Positions 8,990 to 20,898 are shown, counted from the stretch's first letter. The stretch: 64,000 nucleotides of DNA from an uncultured Chthonomonadaceae bacterium (GCA_963817895.1 CAWFQB010000005.1:845858-909857); one strand, 5' to 3'. Made by a program: numbers and translations. The notes: generated by a model from the letters alone, not told the origin.

Positions 8990-9829
8990 ATGTGGACAGA
9001 ACAGCATTTAGTGGAGGATTTGCGGCGGATCGGGCTGACGGAGGGCGCGAATGTGCTGGCACACGCCTCGCTGCGGGCGGTCGGCGCGATAGAGGGCGGG
9101 GCGGAAACGCTGGTTCGCGCGTTTCGGCAGACGCTGGGGCCGTCCGGCACGCTGCTTGTTCCAACCTTCTGCGAAGATCATCGCGACCCGGCAGAATGGG
9201 AAACGCCGCCGGAAGCGAACGATCTGGAGCGGATGCGGGAGATCGTGCCGCCGTATGTCCACGCCTCGCCCTCGACAACCCTGCGCTCGACGGGCGTATT
9301 CCCTGAGATTGTCCGGCAGCAACCGGACGCCCTGCGCAGCGAGCATCCGGCGTTTTCGTTTGCGGCTATCGGAGCCAACGCCGCGTTTCTCACGCAGAAC
9401 GCGCCCCTGCACTATCCGCTTGGCACGGGCAGTCCGCTGGCTCGCCTGCATCAACTGGACGGCTATGTGTTGCTGATTGGCGTGTCTCACGCGGTCAACA
9501 GTTCCGTGTATCTGGGCGAAGTGTGGGGAGACGCGCCGTATATCCACCGTTCCCGAACGGTCAAAACCGGAATCGGCGAGTGGACAAGCATGAAGGGCAG
9601 CCCGGAGTGCAGCGCGGGCTTTGTGAAAATCGAACCTTTATTGCGCAACTGCCGCGTTTTGCGCCACGACTACATCGGCAACGCGCCCGCTCAACTGATG
9701 CGGCAGCAGGCGGTTGTTTCGATGGCGATTGCGCTGTTACAGGGCAATGCCGCCGCGTTGCTATGTAACGATGCGCAATGCGCGACATGCAACCTTGCCC
9801 GCCGCTTCACCGCCGAACAGTCGCGCTAA
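8990..9829 (+). CDS. AAC(3) aminoglycoside N3-acetyltransferase family protein
   Basis: LAHASL, GTLLVPTF, RSEHPAFSFAAIG, SPLARL, LLIGV. Confidence 0.85.
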   Translation: MWTEQHLVEDLRRIGLTEGANVLAHASLRAVGAIEGGAETLVRAFRQTLGPSGTLLVPTFCEDHRDPAEWETPPEANDLERMREIVPPYVHASPSTTLRSTGVFPEIVRQQPDALRSEHPAFSFAAIGANAAFLTQNAPLHYPLGTGSPLARLHQLDGYVLLIGVSHAVNSSVYLGEVWGDAPYIHRSRTVKTGIGEWTSMKGSPECSAGFVKIEPLLRNCRVLRHDYIGNAPAQLMRQQAVVSMAIALLQGNAAALLCNDAQCATCNLARRFTAEQSR

Positions 9830-9847
9830 ATCTCTTTTGCGAAGTTG

Positions 9848-10735
9848 TTAACGGAGCGGAAAAAGAAACTTGAGCATGTCGCCGACGCGGGCGGCCCAGG
9901 ACGCTTCGTTGTGTTCCGCGCCCTCGGCTTCCACGTACTTCAAATCCTGTTCCAGTTTCCAGCCGTCTGCAAGCAGGGCATCGCGCAGGGAGCGCGCATC
10001 GTCTACGTTCTGCTGCCAGTCCTCCTGCCGCCCCTCATGCGTTCCCATGTCCAGCCAGATGCGCAGGCGGGGCTTGAACTTCAGACTTCGCGCCTGCCGG
10101 ATAATGGCCTGCTCGTCCCACCACGCGGACGGCGATACGATTGCCAGTTTGCCGAACACGCGCGGATATTTTAGCCCAAGATAGAGCGATACCAGCCCAC
10201 CGAGGGAAGACCCGCCCAACCCGGTATTCATGGCGTCGCGCCGCGTCCGGTACGTTTTATCAATAAAGGGTTTCAGTTCCTCCACCAGCATACGTCCGTA
10301 AGCGTCCGCGCTTCCGCCCCGGCCCCCTTTGTCCCGCGTGGGCGTGTATTCCGCCATGCGCTCGCCCGAATTGTAAATGCCGACGATAATGAGCGGCTGA
10401 ATTTTTCTCGCTTCAATCAAATTTTGCGCGGTTTCGTCCACGCGCCACTCCTGCCCCGGAATAAACGAGGTCGCGCCATCGAACAGATTTTGCCCGTCGT
10501 GCAGATACAGAACCGGGTAGCGCGTATGGTGGTTCCGCTCATAGTCCGGCGGCAGGTATACGAGAATGTCCCGGTCATGCGATAAAAAGCGCGAATGGAA
10601 CTGCGCGTGTGTCTGGATGCGCCCCGTCAGCGTGTGCGTCCGGCCCGGGGACGCTTCCTGCCGCCCCGCCCGAACCGCGCGGTGAAACGCCACGAAGGAC
10701 ACAATCAGCAGCAGTCGAAACAACCCTTGAAACAA
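9848..10735 (-). CDS. Secreted alpha/beta hydrolase (putative esterase)
   Basis: YPVLYLHDGQNLF, GGSSLGG nucleophile elbow, HNEASW. Confidence 0.9.
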   Translation of the reverse strand: MFQGLFRLLLIVSFVAFHRAVRAGRQEASPGRTHTLTGRIQTHAQFHSRFLSHDRDILVYLPPDYERNHHTRYPVLYLHDGQNLFDGATSFIPGQEWRVDETAQNLIEARKIQPLIIVGIYNSGERMAEYTPTRDKGGRGGSADAYGRMLVEELKPFIDKTYRTRRDAMNTGLGGSSLGGLVSLYLGLKYPRVFGKLAIVSPSAWWDEQAIIRQARSLKFKPRLRIWLDMGTHEGRQEDWQQNVDDARSLRDALLADGWKLEQDLKYVEAEGAEHNEASWAARVGDMLKFLFPLR

Positions 10736-10951
10736 TGCTTTCGCCCTTCTGATACCGGCTTATGAAAAGCCGGTTTGCAGGCCTTCGGCCAGTCGTTTTG
10801 CGGACGAAATATTCTTGTGCAGGAAATTATCTACGTAGATTAATTCGCCGAAAGTTTTCTCGCGCCATCAATGGCAGACTGCAGCGCGTCGTTCCAACAT
10901 TTCGATGTATACTGGATTAAACGCTGATAGTTCCAGACAGAAACAATTAAC

Positions 10952-11866
10952 ATGGCGCAAACTACGCCCACAACCGCAGAAACGGACGCGAACGCTGCCG
11001 ACTGCATACGGCTGTTGGGCAGTCGAAAGGCGGCGGAACGCGACGCGGCGGAACGGAAATTGCGGCGCATGGGCGCGGCGGCAGTCGAACCCCTGTTGGC
11101 GTTAATGAAACGGGAAGACCATCGGTTGGCAAAGCGCCATCGTATCGGGCGGGGAATAGAGTGGTATTTTAGAATGGCGCTATGGAGCGGTGTTCCCCTG
11201 TGTTTCCTTTTGCTGGTACTTCATGTCTCTTGCCCGGACTGGATGGGCCGCTTCTTTTTTGGCAGTTTCGCGTTGTCCATGTTCTACAACATATTTGTTG
11301 AGTTTTGGCTGACGACGGGTACGCGAAAACATCGTCAGGCAATCCGTATTGTAACGGACAGCGAAGACCTGCGCGTTGTCGGGCCGCTTTGCGCCTTTCT
11401 GCCGCACCGCTTATCCCCGGAACGCGCTCTCATTAAGTTGCTGCCGCGCCTGCGGGCATCAGACGCGCATCTGCTGAACGCGCATGAACGCGCCTGCCTG
11501 TATGAACGCCTGCGGACGAATACGCGCGGCTCGTTTCAGGGAGGGTATGCTGAGGAACTCACCCTTGCCATTCTGAAGGCGTTGGAGCAGATCGGGGATG
11601 GGCAGGCCGCGCTGTATGTCTATCAGGCCGCAAAGACCGCGAAATCGCCCAAAGTGCGTGAAGCCGCCTCAAACTGCCTGCCCTACCTGATGCAACGCGC
11701 CGAACAGGAACGCGCCACCAACAGCCTGCTGCGCCCCTCCCATGCCGCCGACGTTTCCGACAAAACCCTGTTACGGGCGGCGCAAAACACCCCCGGCGCA
11801 GAACCGCAACAACTCCTCCGCGCAAGCATTGCCGAAGGCTACATACCCCCTGATGTATCGGATTAG
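10952..11866 (+). CDS. Hypothetical membrane protein with HEAT-like repeats
   Basis: AVEPLLAL, two TM segments, LKALEQIGD, repeated C-terminal LLRxS motifs. Confidence 0.7.
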   Translation: MAQTTPTTAETDANAADCIRLLGSRKAAERDAAERKLRRMGAAAVEPLLALMKREDHRLAKRHRIGRGIEWYFRMALWSGVPLCFLLLVLHVSCPDWMGRFFFGSFALSMFYNIFVEFWLTTGTRKHRQAIRIVTDSEDLRVVGPLCAFLPHRLSPERALIKLLPRLRASDAHLLNAHERACLYERLRTNTRGSFQGGYAEELTLAILKALEQIGDGQAALYVYQAAKTAKSPKVREAASNCLPYLMQRAEQERATNSLLRPSHAADVSDKTLLRAAQNTPGAEPQQLLRASIAEGYIPPDVSD

Positions 11867-11878
11867 GACCAATACTGT

Positions 11879-11934
11879 TCAAAAAGAACATTGTAGGGAC
11901 ACAACAAGTTGTGTCCCTACAATGTTCTTTTTGA
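11879..11934. repeat. Perfect 27-bp palindrome with GTAG-REP-like core; probable bidirectional terminator
   Basis: TCAAAAAGAACATTGTAGGGACACAAC-AA-GTTGTGTCCCTACAATGTTCTTTTTGA, between convergent genes. Confidence 0.85.
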
Positions 11935-11977
11935 GGTCAATTGGCTGATTTAAATGGTATTGGGACACTATTTCGTA

Positions 11978-12697
11978 CTATTTCGCCGCCGTCGCTTTCA
12001 GGGAAGCGATCCATTCCGTATTCAGGTCGTCCAGCGTTTTGCCGGTCAGGTCGTGCCACAGCGATTCTTTGTACGTGTCGGCTCGGAGGGCGGCATCAAG
12101 TTTCTTCACAATGTCTTTGTCGTACTTGTGGAGTGTCCAGTCCAGAAACGCGCCGGTTGTGCGGTAACTGTCGCGGGCAGTCGCTTTGTCGGGGTTGGGA
12201 TGCGGGCGCTTGTCTACAGGCTCGAAGTTGAACCAGCGCACCCAATCGGCAATGCCTTCGACAAGCCAGACGGGATCGTATTTCGGGTAACCCTGCACTA
12301 CATGCGTCAGTTCATGCACCACCATGCCCAAATCGTCGGGATGCTTGCGTATCCACTCGGGCGACATAGCGATACGGGTTCCACTAGTAGCGGCCACGCC
12401 CTTGTAATTGAAATCCATGACAAGGGTGATATTGCTCGGCGGGTTGCTGTTCTTCGCGCCCAACAGGGCAACGATGCGCGGATACCACTTCTTAGCGGTG
12501 GCATTGGCCTGCCTGGAAAATAAGTTGAGTACCTTCAACTGCGATGTATCATTGATGATACGCGGCATTTTAGTTTGTTGTATATTCGTTGGCGGCGTGT
12601 CCGTTTGCGCCTGCAACACGCAGGGCAGGCAGAGCGTTCCAAGCAGGACAGCGGAGAAGCGGGCGGAGGCGAAAGCGCGTGAAGCCGAAAATGGCAT
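11978..12697 (-). CDS. Secreted BSP (basic secretory protein)-like zinc metallopeptidase
   Basis: Signal peptide; HELTHVVQ, WLVEGIADWVR. Confidence 0.85.
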   Translation of the reverse strand: MPFSASRAFASARFSAVLLGTLCLPCVLQAQTDTPPTNIQQTKMPRIINDTSQLKVLNLFSRQANATAKKWYPRIVALLGAKNSNPPSNITLVMDFNYKGVAATSGTRIAMSPEWIRKHPDDLGMVVHELTHVVQGYPKYDPVWLVEGIADWVRWFNFEPVDKRPHPNPDKATARDSYRTTGAFLDWTLHKYDKDIVKKLDAALRADTYKESLWHDLTGKTLDDLNTEWIASLKATAAK

Positions 12698-13025
12698 GAG
12701 TGGAATAATCCCTTCTTGTCTTGAATTCAGGATGATGGCGATTCCTGTGATTACAACTTTTGTTTGCGCCGAAAGTTCTCTGCTTGCCGTACACAGGCAT
12801 GACATAGAGTTCGCCATTCGTATCCCGAATCCTGCTCGATTCTGCTGATGTTGCCGGGAAGCGGTACAGGCCGATCATAACCTCACTGTCCTTGAATCTT
12901 GTTTATAAAACCCCTCTTTTCGCGGCAGGAACCCTTTCCCCCAATATACAATATAAGAGGTGAAGTCCGCAGCGCAAGTCAGCGCGGCGGTTTATCTCCC
13001 GCCTGTCAGGAAGGACAGTTCACCG

Positions 13026-14213
13026 ATGAGCAACTACACCCCACAGAAAAGCGATAAGTTTACGTTCGGGCTTTGGACGGTTGGCAATCCGGGCCGCGAT
13101 CCGTTTGGGCCGAACACGCGCGCCGTTGTTTCGCCCTGCGGCCTGACGTTCGAGCCGACAACCATTGTGCAGAAACTCAGCGAATTGGGCGCGTATGGCG
13201 TGAATTTCCACGACAACGACCTGGTTCCCATTGACGCCACGCCGGGTGAGCGCGACCAGATTGTCGGTGACTTCAAGAAAGCCCTTAGCGACTATGGCAT
13301 GGTTGTGCCGATGGCGACCACCAACCTGTTTTCCGATCCGATTTTCAAGGACGGCGCGTTCACGTCCAACGACCCGAAAGTGCGGGCGTATGCCGTGCAG
13401 AAGACTATGAGCGCGATGGATTTGGGCGCGGAGATGGGCGCGAAAATCTACGTGTTCTGGGGCGGGCGCGAAGGCACGGAAACCGATGCCAGCAAGGACG
13501 CCCGCGACTCGATGAAACGGTTCCGCGAGTGTTTGAACTTCTTGTCCGCTTATGACGACGCGCAGGGGTACGGCTTCAAGTTCGCTCTGGAACCCAAGCC
13601 CAACGAACCGCGCGGCGACATCTATCTGCCCACTGTCGGCAGCGCATTGGGCTTTATCGCCACGCTGGAAAAGCCGGATAAGTTCGGCGTGAACCCCGAA
13701 TTCGCGCACGATACGATGGCCGGACTGAACTTTGTCCATGCCGTCGCGCAGGCCATTGACGCGGGCAAACTGTTCCACATTGACCTCAACGGCCAGAAAC
13801 CGGGAAGGTACGATCAGGACTACCGCTTCGGCGCGGAAGACATCAAGGCCAATTTCTTCCTCGTAAAAATGATGGAAGACAGCGGGTACGAGGGGATGCG
13901 GCATTTCGACGCCCACGCCTACCGCACGGAAGACGAAGAGGGCGTTTGGGATTTCGCGCGCGGCTGTATGCGAACCTATCTGATCCTGAAAGAGAAAGCG
14001 CGGCAGTTCAACGCCGACCAGGAGATTCAGGGCATGATTTCCAATCTCAGCACAGACCTGGAAGGCATCAGCCCGCTTCTGGCCTCCTACTCCGCAGAAA
14101 ATGCCGACAAGATCAAGAACCTCAACGTAGACCGCGTCGCGTATGGCAAAAAAGGCTACGGCTATGAGAAACTCGACCAACTGACGACGGAACTCCTGCT
14201 CGGAATGCGCTGA
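13026..14213 (+). CDS. xylA: Xylose isomerase (class I)
   Basis: [49 protein letters not shown]. Confidence 0.97.
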   Translation: MSNYTPQKSDKFTFGLWTVGNPGRDPFGPNTRAVVSPCGLTFEPTTIVQKLSELGAYGVNFHDNDLVPIDATPGERDQIVGDFKKALSDYGMVVPMATTNLFSDPIFKDGAFTSNDPKVRAYAVQKTMSAMDLGAEMGAKIYVFWGGREGTETDASKDARDSMKRFRECLNFLSAYDDAQGYGFKFALEPKPNEPRGDIYLPTVGSALGFIATLEKPDKFGVNPEFAHDTMAGLNFVHAVAQAIDAGKLFHIDLNGQKPGRYDQDYRFGAEDIKANFFLVKMMEDSGYEGMRHFDAHAYRTEDEEGVWDFARGCMRTYLILKEKARQFNADQEIQGMISNLSTDLEGISPLLASYSAENADKIKNLNVDRVAYGKKGYGYEKLDQLTTELLLGMR

Positions 14214-14497
14214 ATGTGACCGAAGCGAACCTGTCAGGAATGTACGCGCGATCCTACAGGAATAGAGACACAGGAGTGATATGACACGCTCCTGTGTCTT
14301 TTTTTGTCACCAACACGCGCAATTTCACCTGGTATAAAACAAATTATACAAATTGTGTAAAATTTGGCTCGCAGGTGATTGACAACCCTTGCGCGACCTG
14401 CTATTATTACATGCAAGCGAGTGAGCAAAAGGGTATTGTTCCTTTGCTTACTCTCTTTTATCATTCTTTTAGATACCAACATTGAGGGGAGAGCCAC

Positions 14498-14854
14498 ATG
14501 CCACTCAGCCCGAATCAGGCGTTGCAAATCGCTGCATCCGCCGTTCATGAAGTAACAGATACCTATGGGCCTCCCGGCCCCGATGCCGCCGTAAAGCTTT
14601 TGATTGACGCTGCTGACCCCGATGATCCCACACAGGTGCCTGTCAACGTTCCCTTTATTGTAGGAGGGTTGCAACTGCGTAGCTTTTACGCGTTCTCCGG
14701 TAAAGCAGGGTTTGACAAAGATGCTTTGTGGACAGCTCTGGAGGTGGATTGGCAGGATGCAACCGAGACCAAAGCTAATCTGCCACAACCTGCCACCTGG
14801 GATGAGAAAACGGCGCTTTCTCAATTAGGCGGATGGGTGTGGGCGCACTCCTGA
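14498..14854 (+). CDS. Hypothetical protein
   Basis: 118-aa ORF with GAGGGGA SD, after an AT-rich intergenic region. Confidence 0.6.
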   Translation: MPLSPNQALQIAASAVHEVTDTYGPPGPDAAVKLLIDAADPDDPTQVPVNVPFIVGGLQLRSFYAFSGKAGFDKDALWTALEVDWQDATETKANLPQPATWDEKTALSQLGGWVWAHS

Positions 14855-14936
14855 AATCGCTGTCACCACGACAAGATGTTTCGAGGCCACGCCGAATAAT
14901 ATCTCCGTACATCAGAGAACTGAACGAGGAAAAGTT

Positions 14937-16112
14937 ATGTTCCTTAAACGCAAACTGAATGTGTTCAACACATCTCTGCGCCTTTGTCTGTGCCTGTGTC
15001 TTCCGGCTTTGCTGTGCAGCCCCGGATTGGCGCAGTCGCCCCCTGCGTATACGCCTCAGCAAACAAACGCGCAAAACCCGTCCCTGATTGACGACATTGA
15101 TATTGGATTGGGCTACCTCTCCGCGTTGAGCAGTGGGGGCAGCAGCGGCTTCTACTACCATCTGGCTTACAAAGGCAGTCTGCTGACACAGCGCGGAACT
15201 CCCTTCACGCCTGCGGATGTCAATGCGCCCCTTGATCTGAAAGCGCCTGATCCTGTTAAAACCGACGGCGATTTTGATCTGTTCGCCCTGCGCTTTGAGC
15301 GGGGTGGAGCCGGTATCCAGAATGGGTTTTTGGAGGGGCTGGGCTTGATACCTGTCAAGTTCAGCAGTCGCAGTCGCTTTTTACGTGAAACTCGCGGTGT
15401 GCTGCAAGTATCGTCAAGGTTTGATGGCAAACAATCCAACATCGCGGGTGGTCTGGAAACTCCCCCCCTGCATCCTCTGCGGCTGATTGGCAACAGCTAT
15501 GGAACAACAAACTGGCTGACCTTCGGCGGCCTTGTAGAGGGGCAATCCCGGCGGGCCAGCGAGGGCGGCAATCAGGCTGTTCCTATGATTACGTATCGCG
15601 CATTCCTCGGCAAAGGTTTTGGTTGGGTACAGGGCAAATCGCTGGTTGATGAGATGTACGCCGCGATTATCAAACAAGCGCCCACTTATGAGGCTTTGCT
15701 GCAACAGATTCCGCAGATCAAGCAACGTATTGTGACTTCCGGCCAGTTGCCCACCCTGCAAGAATCTGTCCTGATACAGCTTTCCGGTGTCGCTCCCTGG
15801 CAGACCCAAAAGCCGTCACAGGAAGATTACCAGAAAAAGGTAAAAGAATTCCTGGGTGATTTTTCTAAATCCTACACCACTCGCCCCGGTTTCGCCGCCT
15901 GGCTCGAGTCTTCGGCGTGGTACGCCCTGAGCCATGACTCCGGCACTTCTGCCCGTTTCAACAACATTCTGGCGGCAACGCTGACCTACTGGATTAATCC
16001 TCGCGATGACAGCCCCTACTGGCTTCGAGTACGCTATGAGAGTGGACGTGAACGCGCCGCGCCGACGGTCAATCTAAACCAGATACTCTTCTTCATCGGA
16101 CGCAATTTTTGA
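14937..16112 (+). CDS. Hypothetical secreted / outer-membrane protein
   Basis: Signal peptide, beta-rich segments, C-terminal Phe; GAGGA SD. Confidence 0.65.
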   Translation: MFLKRKLNVFNTSLRLCLCLCLPALLCSPGLAQSPPAYTPQQTNAQNPSLIDDIDIGLGYLSALSSGGSSGFYYHLAYKGSLLTQRGTPFTPADVNAPLDLKAPDPVKTDGDFDLFALRFERGGAGIQNGFLEGLGLIPVKFSSRSRFLRETRGVLQVSSRFDGKQSNIAGGLETPPLHPLRLIGNSYGTTNWLTFGGLVEGQSRRASEGGNQAVPMITYRAFLGKGFGWVQGKSLVDEMYAAIIKQAPTYEALLQQIPQIKQRIVTSGQLPTLQESVLIQLSGVAPWQTQKPSQEDYQKKVKEFLGDFSKSYTTRPGFAAWLESSAWYALSHDSGTSARFNNILAATLTYWINPRDDSPYWLRVRYESGRERAAPTVNLNQILFFIGRNF

Positions 16113-16283
16113 AATGAGACGGCTGTGATTTAGATACCGCCCGGTCAAACACATAGAATGTACATAAGAGGCGCGTCCTCAAAATGGAAAAGCAGATTGC
16201 GGCTGCTATTCGTATTGAGGACGCGCGGGCTACGCGCATCGCAGCAAGGAATGATGCGCGTAACAGCGTGGAGACAGCAATCC

Positions 16284-17252
16284 CTACATGGCTGCGCTCC
16301 TGCGGTTGCGGCGCAGAAATCCCGCGCCAACCGTTCCCACACTGAGAAGCAGGGCAATGCTGCCGGGTTCGGGAACCGCAGCGGGAGCAAATAAAAATTG
16401 CGAGGGTGACAGCGCGGCGTCGCTGAGGCGAATCTCATCAATCAGGCCGCCAAACTGATCTGTAAAAATACCATTGTATTCCCCGCGCCCCACCGTGAAA
16501 ACGGTATTGTCCGTGTGCAAACCTCCGATAAATGGCGCGGAATTATCCAGAGTGTACGCGCCGCCGGGTGTACCCTGCACATACAGAAACAATGTGTTGC
16601 CATCACTGACGGCTGCCACGTTGTACCATTGGCCGACCTGAAGTAGTGTGGTTCCGTCAATTATGATAAAGTTGCCATCGGCCTGACGCGCTCGGATGGA
16701 AAAAATGTTCTGGTTGGGGGACTGAAAGTACAGGTTCGAGGCGTTTGGATCGCCGCTGCCGGAGATGTTCTGGCCGTCTTTGCCGAGGAAGGTTTGAAAG
16801 CCGCCGAAACTGTTGAACTTCACGGAAGCCTCAATGGTGAACTGATTGAAAACGTGGGTGTTGATGGCGTCCCCATCCGAATACAGGTCGCGCGTTCGGT
16901 CCGGATCTGTGGGTACGCTGAAGTCCAGGCTGCGCGTGTTGGAAGTTGTTGGATTGGTGACGGTTCCCGGGTTATCCGCGCGGTAAGTGGGGGCTGCCAG
17001 CCCATCGAACGCCAGCAGGATGTTGCCGTTGCCCGATGAGTCAGGAATAGGCGCAGGCTGTGTCACTGTTTGCGCGCCGGGGCTGCCCTCTTCAAAGCGG
17101 TAGTACGCCAGCGTTTGCGCCTGCGCATGGCCCGATACGAGCAAACTTAACAGCATCGCCGCGCCAGGCAAACTGAGCCTGCCGCGCCAATGCCGCAGAC
17201 AGGGGTACTTCCTGAGCGATGGTAAAGAACGATTACGGGAAATCGGTTTCAA
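16284..17252 (-). CDS. PEP-CTERM protein with LamG-like jellyroll domain
   Basis: AYYRFEE, FTIEA, WYNVAAV, FGGLIDEIRLSDAALS; VPEPG + TM + RRNRR; TTG start after AAGGAG. Confidence 0.9.
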   Translation of the reverse strand: MKPISRNRSLPSLRKYPCLRHWRGRLSLPGAAMLLSLLVSGHAQAQTLAYYRFEEGSPGAQTVTQPAPIPDSSGNGNILLAFDGLAAPTYRADNPGTVTNPTTSNTRSLDFSVPTDPDRTRDLYSDGDAINTHVFNQFTIEASVKFNSFGGFQTFLGKDGQNISGSGDPNASNLYFQSPNQNIFSIRARQADGNFIIIDGTTLLQVGQWYNVAAVSDGNTLFLYVQGTPGGAYTLDNSAPFIGGLHTDNTVFTVGRGEYNGIFTDQFGGLIDEIRLSDAALSPSQFLFAPAAVPEPGSIALLLSVGTVGAGFLRRNRRSAAM

Positions 17253-17433
17253 GAGGGTTCTCCTTGCGAGGCGGAATGGATATTGCCGCAACAAACAGGC
17301 GTTACCATACAGCGGAATCTTTACAACACTGCTATTGTACAAACCCATCGTGAAAACATCGTGAAAAGCAGTAGCAAAAGCGGGCGTAACCGTCAAAAAT
17401 AGACAGGTGGAGGAAAAAAGAGTCAGATGAGGT

Positions 17434-20400
17434 TCAGGATTCCTCTTGAATCTGCAATATCGAGGTAACCGCCTGTTCCAGAGACAATATCTGCCCCTGC
17501 GTCCAGGCGCGGGCAAAAGACGAAGCGCCAAGAGCAGCCTGCATCGCGGCTGCGCTTCGCTCCCAATCTACGCGTTCAGCGGCTGTCAGGGGCGCGGCGA
17601 TGGATTCGCGCAGAGCGTTTGCCGCGCTGAACAATTGTGTCGCTTCCGTATGCCGGTTTTGGGCGTGACGAATGTTGGCGAAGGTTTCCAGACAGCCTGC
17701 CATGCGCCGCCGGTCTCGCATCTCCCAGAAGAGCGCGACGCTTTCGCGTTCCAACTCTTCCGCGCGGGCGATATTGCCCTGGCGCAGGGCCACCATGCCT
17801 AATTTGCCCAGCGCATACGCGACACCATTGGTGTCCTGTATGGCGCGGAATCCTTCCAAACTTTCGGCATGAAGAGCCGCCGCATCGTCCCATTCCCCCC
17901 GCAGGAACGCCAGGTCGGCAAGGTTGCTGATGGAAACAGCAACGCCGTGCGTATCGCTCAGTTCGCGGCGCAAAGACAGACACTGCCGATCCAGAGCTTC
18001 TGCCTGCGCATAATCACCCGCATCGCGAACGGCATACGAGAGCCTGTCAAGCGTATGGGCGATACCCCAGCGATCCCCGGCCTCTCGAAAGAGAGATATA
18101 CTCTCCTCCAGAAGTCCTTGCCCCCTTTCAGTATCGCCCTTCAGGACAGCCAGCATCCCCGTAAGTGAAAGAGAAGCCGCGATACCACGCTTATCGTCCA
18201 GATTACGATGCGCTTCCAGACTCTCTTCGCAAAGCCGCTCCGCCTCGCCGTAAACATCCTGTGTCCATGCCAGAGTGGCCGCGGCAAGCAGGGCGCGGGC
18301 GCGAGAGGGCAGGGATACCCGCGTGTGTTCCAGCATCCGATACAGCCAGTCTCTCCCCTCGCTCCAGTACCCGCGCAGATACCAGAAACGTCCCAGAGCG
18401 CCGGCCAACCGTAACGCCGCTTCGGGATGGTTTTCCGCTCGCGCCAGTATCCATCGCATATTTTCCTGCTCTGCTTCCAGGCGCAGCAGCCATTGGGAAA
18501 CGCCTTCGCGCCGAAGCTGCGGCTCAATAGTTTCCGCAAGAGCAACAAAATAATCGCTATGCCGATCCGCCATGCCCTTTTGCTCTTTCGCGCTTAGTTG
18601 TTCCCAGGCATACTCCCGCACGGTTTCCGCCATGCGGAACCGCATCTCTCCACTTTCGTCGGCGCTGTCTTCTGCGATTACGAGCGAACACTCCCGTAAT
18701 TTTGTGAGCGCTTCCAGCGTCTCAGGAAGCTCGCAAACCGCTTCCGCCGCTTCCAGCGTCCAGCCGCCGCGAAACACGGCCAGTCGCGCGAACACGGTTT
18801 GCAGCGCGGGCGTGAGCAGTTCATAGCTGCCTGTCAGCGCGGCTCGAAGCGATTGATGACGGGGTATCCGCGTGTGATGACGCGAGACGAGCAAATCTAA
18901 TGGCCGTTCCACGCGCAGCAGCATTTGCGCGGGCGACAGGGTTTGCGCCCACGAGGCCGCCAGTTCCAGCGCGAGGGGAAGGCCCTCCAGTTTCCGGCAC
19001 AGAAGGGCGACAGAGCGGGCATTGCCCCGCGTAATCTGAAAATCGGGGCGCGCGGCCTGTGCGCGATCCAGAAACATCTGCACAGAGGCAAAATCCAGCA
19101 GGTGTTCCGGCGTATCCGGGTATTCGGGGGTAGGCAGCGGCAGCAGGGGAAACTCGCGTTCGCCCTCCACAAGCAGGGGCTGACGCGACGTTACCAGGCA
19201 GGACAGGTTGGGAACCCGCGCCAACAGCGTTTGCGCAATCCGCGCGCCCTCCGGCGTGGACAGTTGCTCGAAGTTGTCCAGTATCAACACGGCGTTTTCC
19301 CAACCCGCCAGCGCGAAGGTAATCTGCTCCCACTGTTCCGTTTCCGACCCGTCGGTGTTCTGCGCTCCCGCAGGGCGCAGGGCATTGGCGATTTCACTCA
19401 CAATCAGATTCGGGGCGACAACATCCGCGAGGGGCACAAACACAACGAGCAGATGGGGAAGGGCGCTGAGTTGGCGCGCGGTTTCTATGGCAAGGCGCGT
19501 TTTCCCCGCTCCGCCCTGCCCGGTCAGCGTCACCAGTCGGACGCGCCTGTTCTCCTCTGCGCCTTGCAGCCAATGCAGCAGCCGCGCGCGCTCCGCTTCG
19601 CGTCCAAAAAAGCGCGTCAGCGTCAGGGGCAGGCGGGTGGCCGGGGAGTGTCGCGCCGAGGCCGGCGGCTTTGCTTCCCGCGATGGCAGGAATTCTCCCT
19701 CCTGCGACGGCAGGGGAATAGACGGCATTATCGGAACGGGTTCGGAAAGAGCGGGGCTGTCATCGTGGACGGAACCGTTGCCGCCATGTTGCTGCGGTTG
19801 CCGGATGGACTCGACAAGGCGGCGCGTGATGGCATCCGGGCGGTCGTTAACTCCTCTTGCCACAATTGCTCCATCCGGGCGTATTGCTGCAGCGCCGCTT
19901 CCGTGTTGCCGGCATCAGCCAGCGCGCGGATGAGCGCCTGTTGCGCTTCCTCGTCCAGCCGATTTGCGGCAACCCATTTTCGCGCGTTTTCCAGCGCGCA
20001 GTTCCAATCGCGCATGTGTCGCGCGAGCGTAGCAATCTCCCGCAGGGCTGCCAGATAGTGGTTCCGCAGACGCTCGCGCTCCCCCAGAATCCACGCCTCG
20101 TAAAACCCCGGCAATAAATCGCCCCTGTACAAAGCGACGGCCCGCGTAAGCCGGTCCAGACGCGCTTCCCCAGCGGTCTTGTCTCGCAAAAAAAATGCGT
20201 CGGTCAGGAAAGTTTTGTTTATTGGGGCAAGCGCTTTCAGCGCGGCCTCGAATTCAGCGGTATCGGTGGCAACCGTCAGGGGATTGAGGCGGACGGCAAA
20301 ACGATCCGCAATCAGAACGCTGCCGGAAAGAACACCGGGCGGTTCCAGCTGACGGCGCAGCGACGCAAGCGCGGCGCGCAGGCTTGCGCGTCCCGCCTCG

Positions 20401-20600
20401 GTTCTGGCCTCCGGCCACAGCATATCGGCCAGCAATTCGCGCGGATGGGCAGGCTGTTTCAGATGGCAGGCGAGGTAGGCCAGGAGGGACGCGGTCTTGC
20501 GGGTGGCAAACCGCGACACGACGCGAGGTTCTTCCCCGGCGTGGGCCGCGTATGCCAACTGCAAACCGCCCAGCATTTCGATTCGACAGGGCGCGTCCAT
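17434..20600 (-). pseudogene. BTAD(SARP)-ATPase-TPR transcriptional regulator split by one frameshift near 19850
   Basis: BTAD motifs (ALYRGDLLPGFY..W) in one frame; GQGGAGKT, LILDNFE, GLPLALELAA and TPRs in another. Confidence 0.75.
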
Positions 20601-20751
20601 AGGGTTCCTCGCTGAACTCTGGACATCTTTCAGCAGCTTTGTCGGGCGGCACGGCAAACAGCAAAATCAAAAACAGCAACAACCCAAAGTAAGGGATTAG
20701 ACAAATATACGGCGGAATGGGGATAAAGTATGCAAAACTGCGGCATTAAAA

Positions 20752-20789
20752 ATCCTCTCCCGCCAGATTATGTCCGGCAGGGAGAGGAT
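20752..20789 (-). terminator. Rho-independent terminator
   Basis: ATCCTCTCC..GCC / GGC..GGAGAGGAT stem followed by TTTTT on the minus strand. Confidence 0.6.
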
Positions 20790-20792
20790 AGG

Positions 20793-20898
20793 AGTTGATA
20801 GTTGATAGTTGAGGGTTGATAGTGGCAGCTATTCGACAGCGTACTGGATGATACAGTATGGCTCGAGTTATCAACTATCAACCCTCAACTATCAACTA
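20793..20898. repeat. Inverted heptamer array (AGTTGAT)n ... (ATCAACT)n
   Basis: Variant unit TTGAGGG/CCCTCAA is mirrored in both arms; the array includes the TAG stop of the 20896 gene. Confidence 0.9.

Noticed and set aside
12890..12960. XylR operator upstream of xylA
   Set aside because: Only a weak AT-rich resemblance, with no convincing palindrome.
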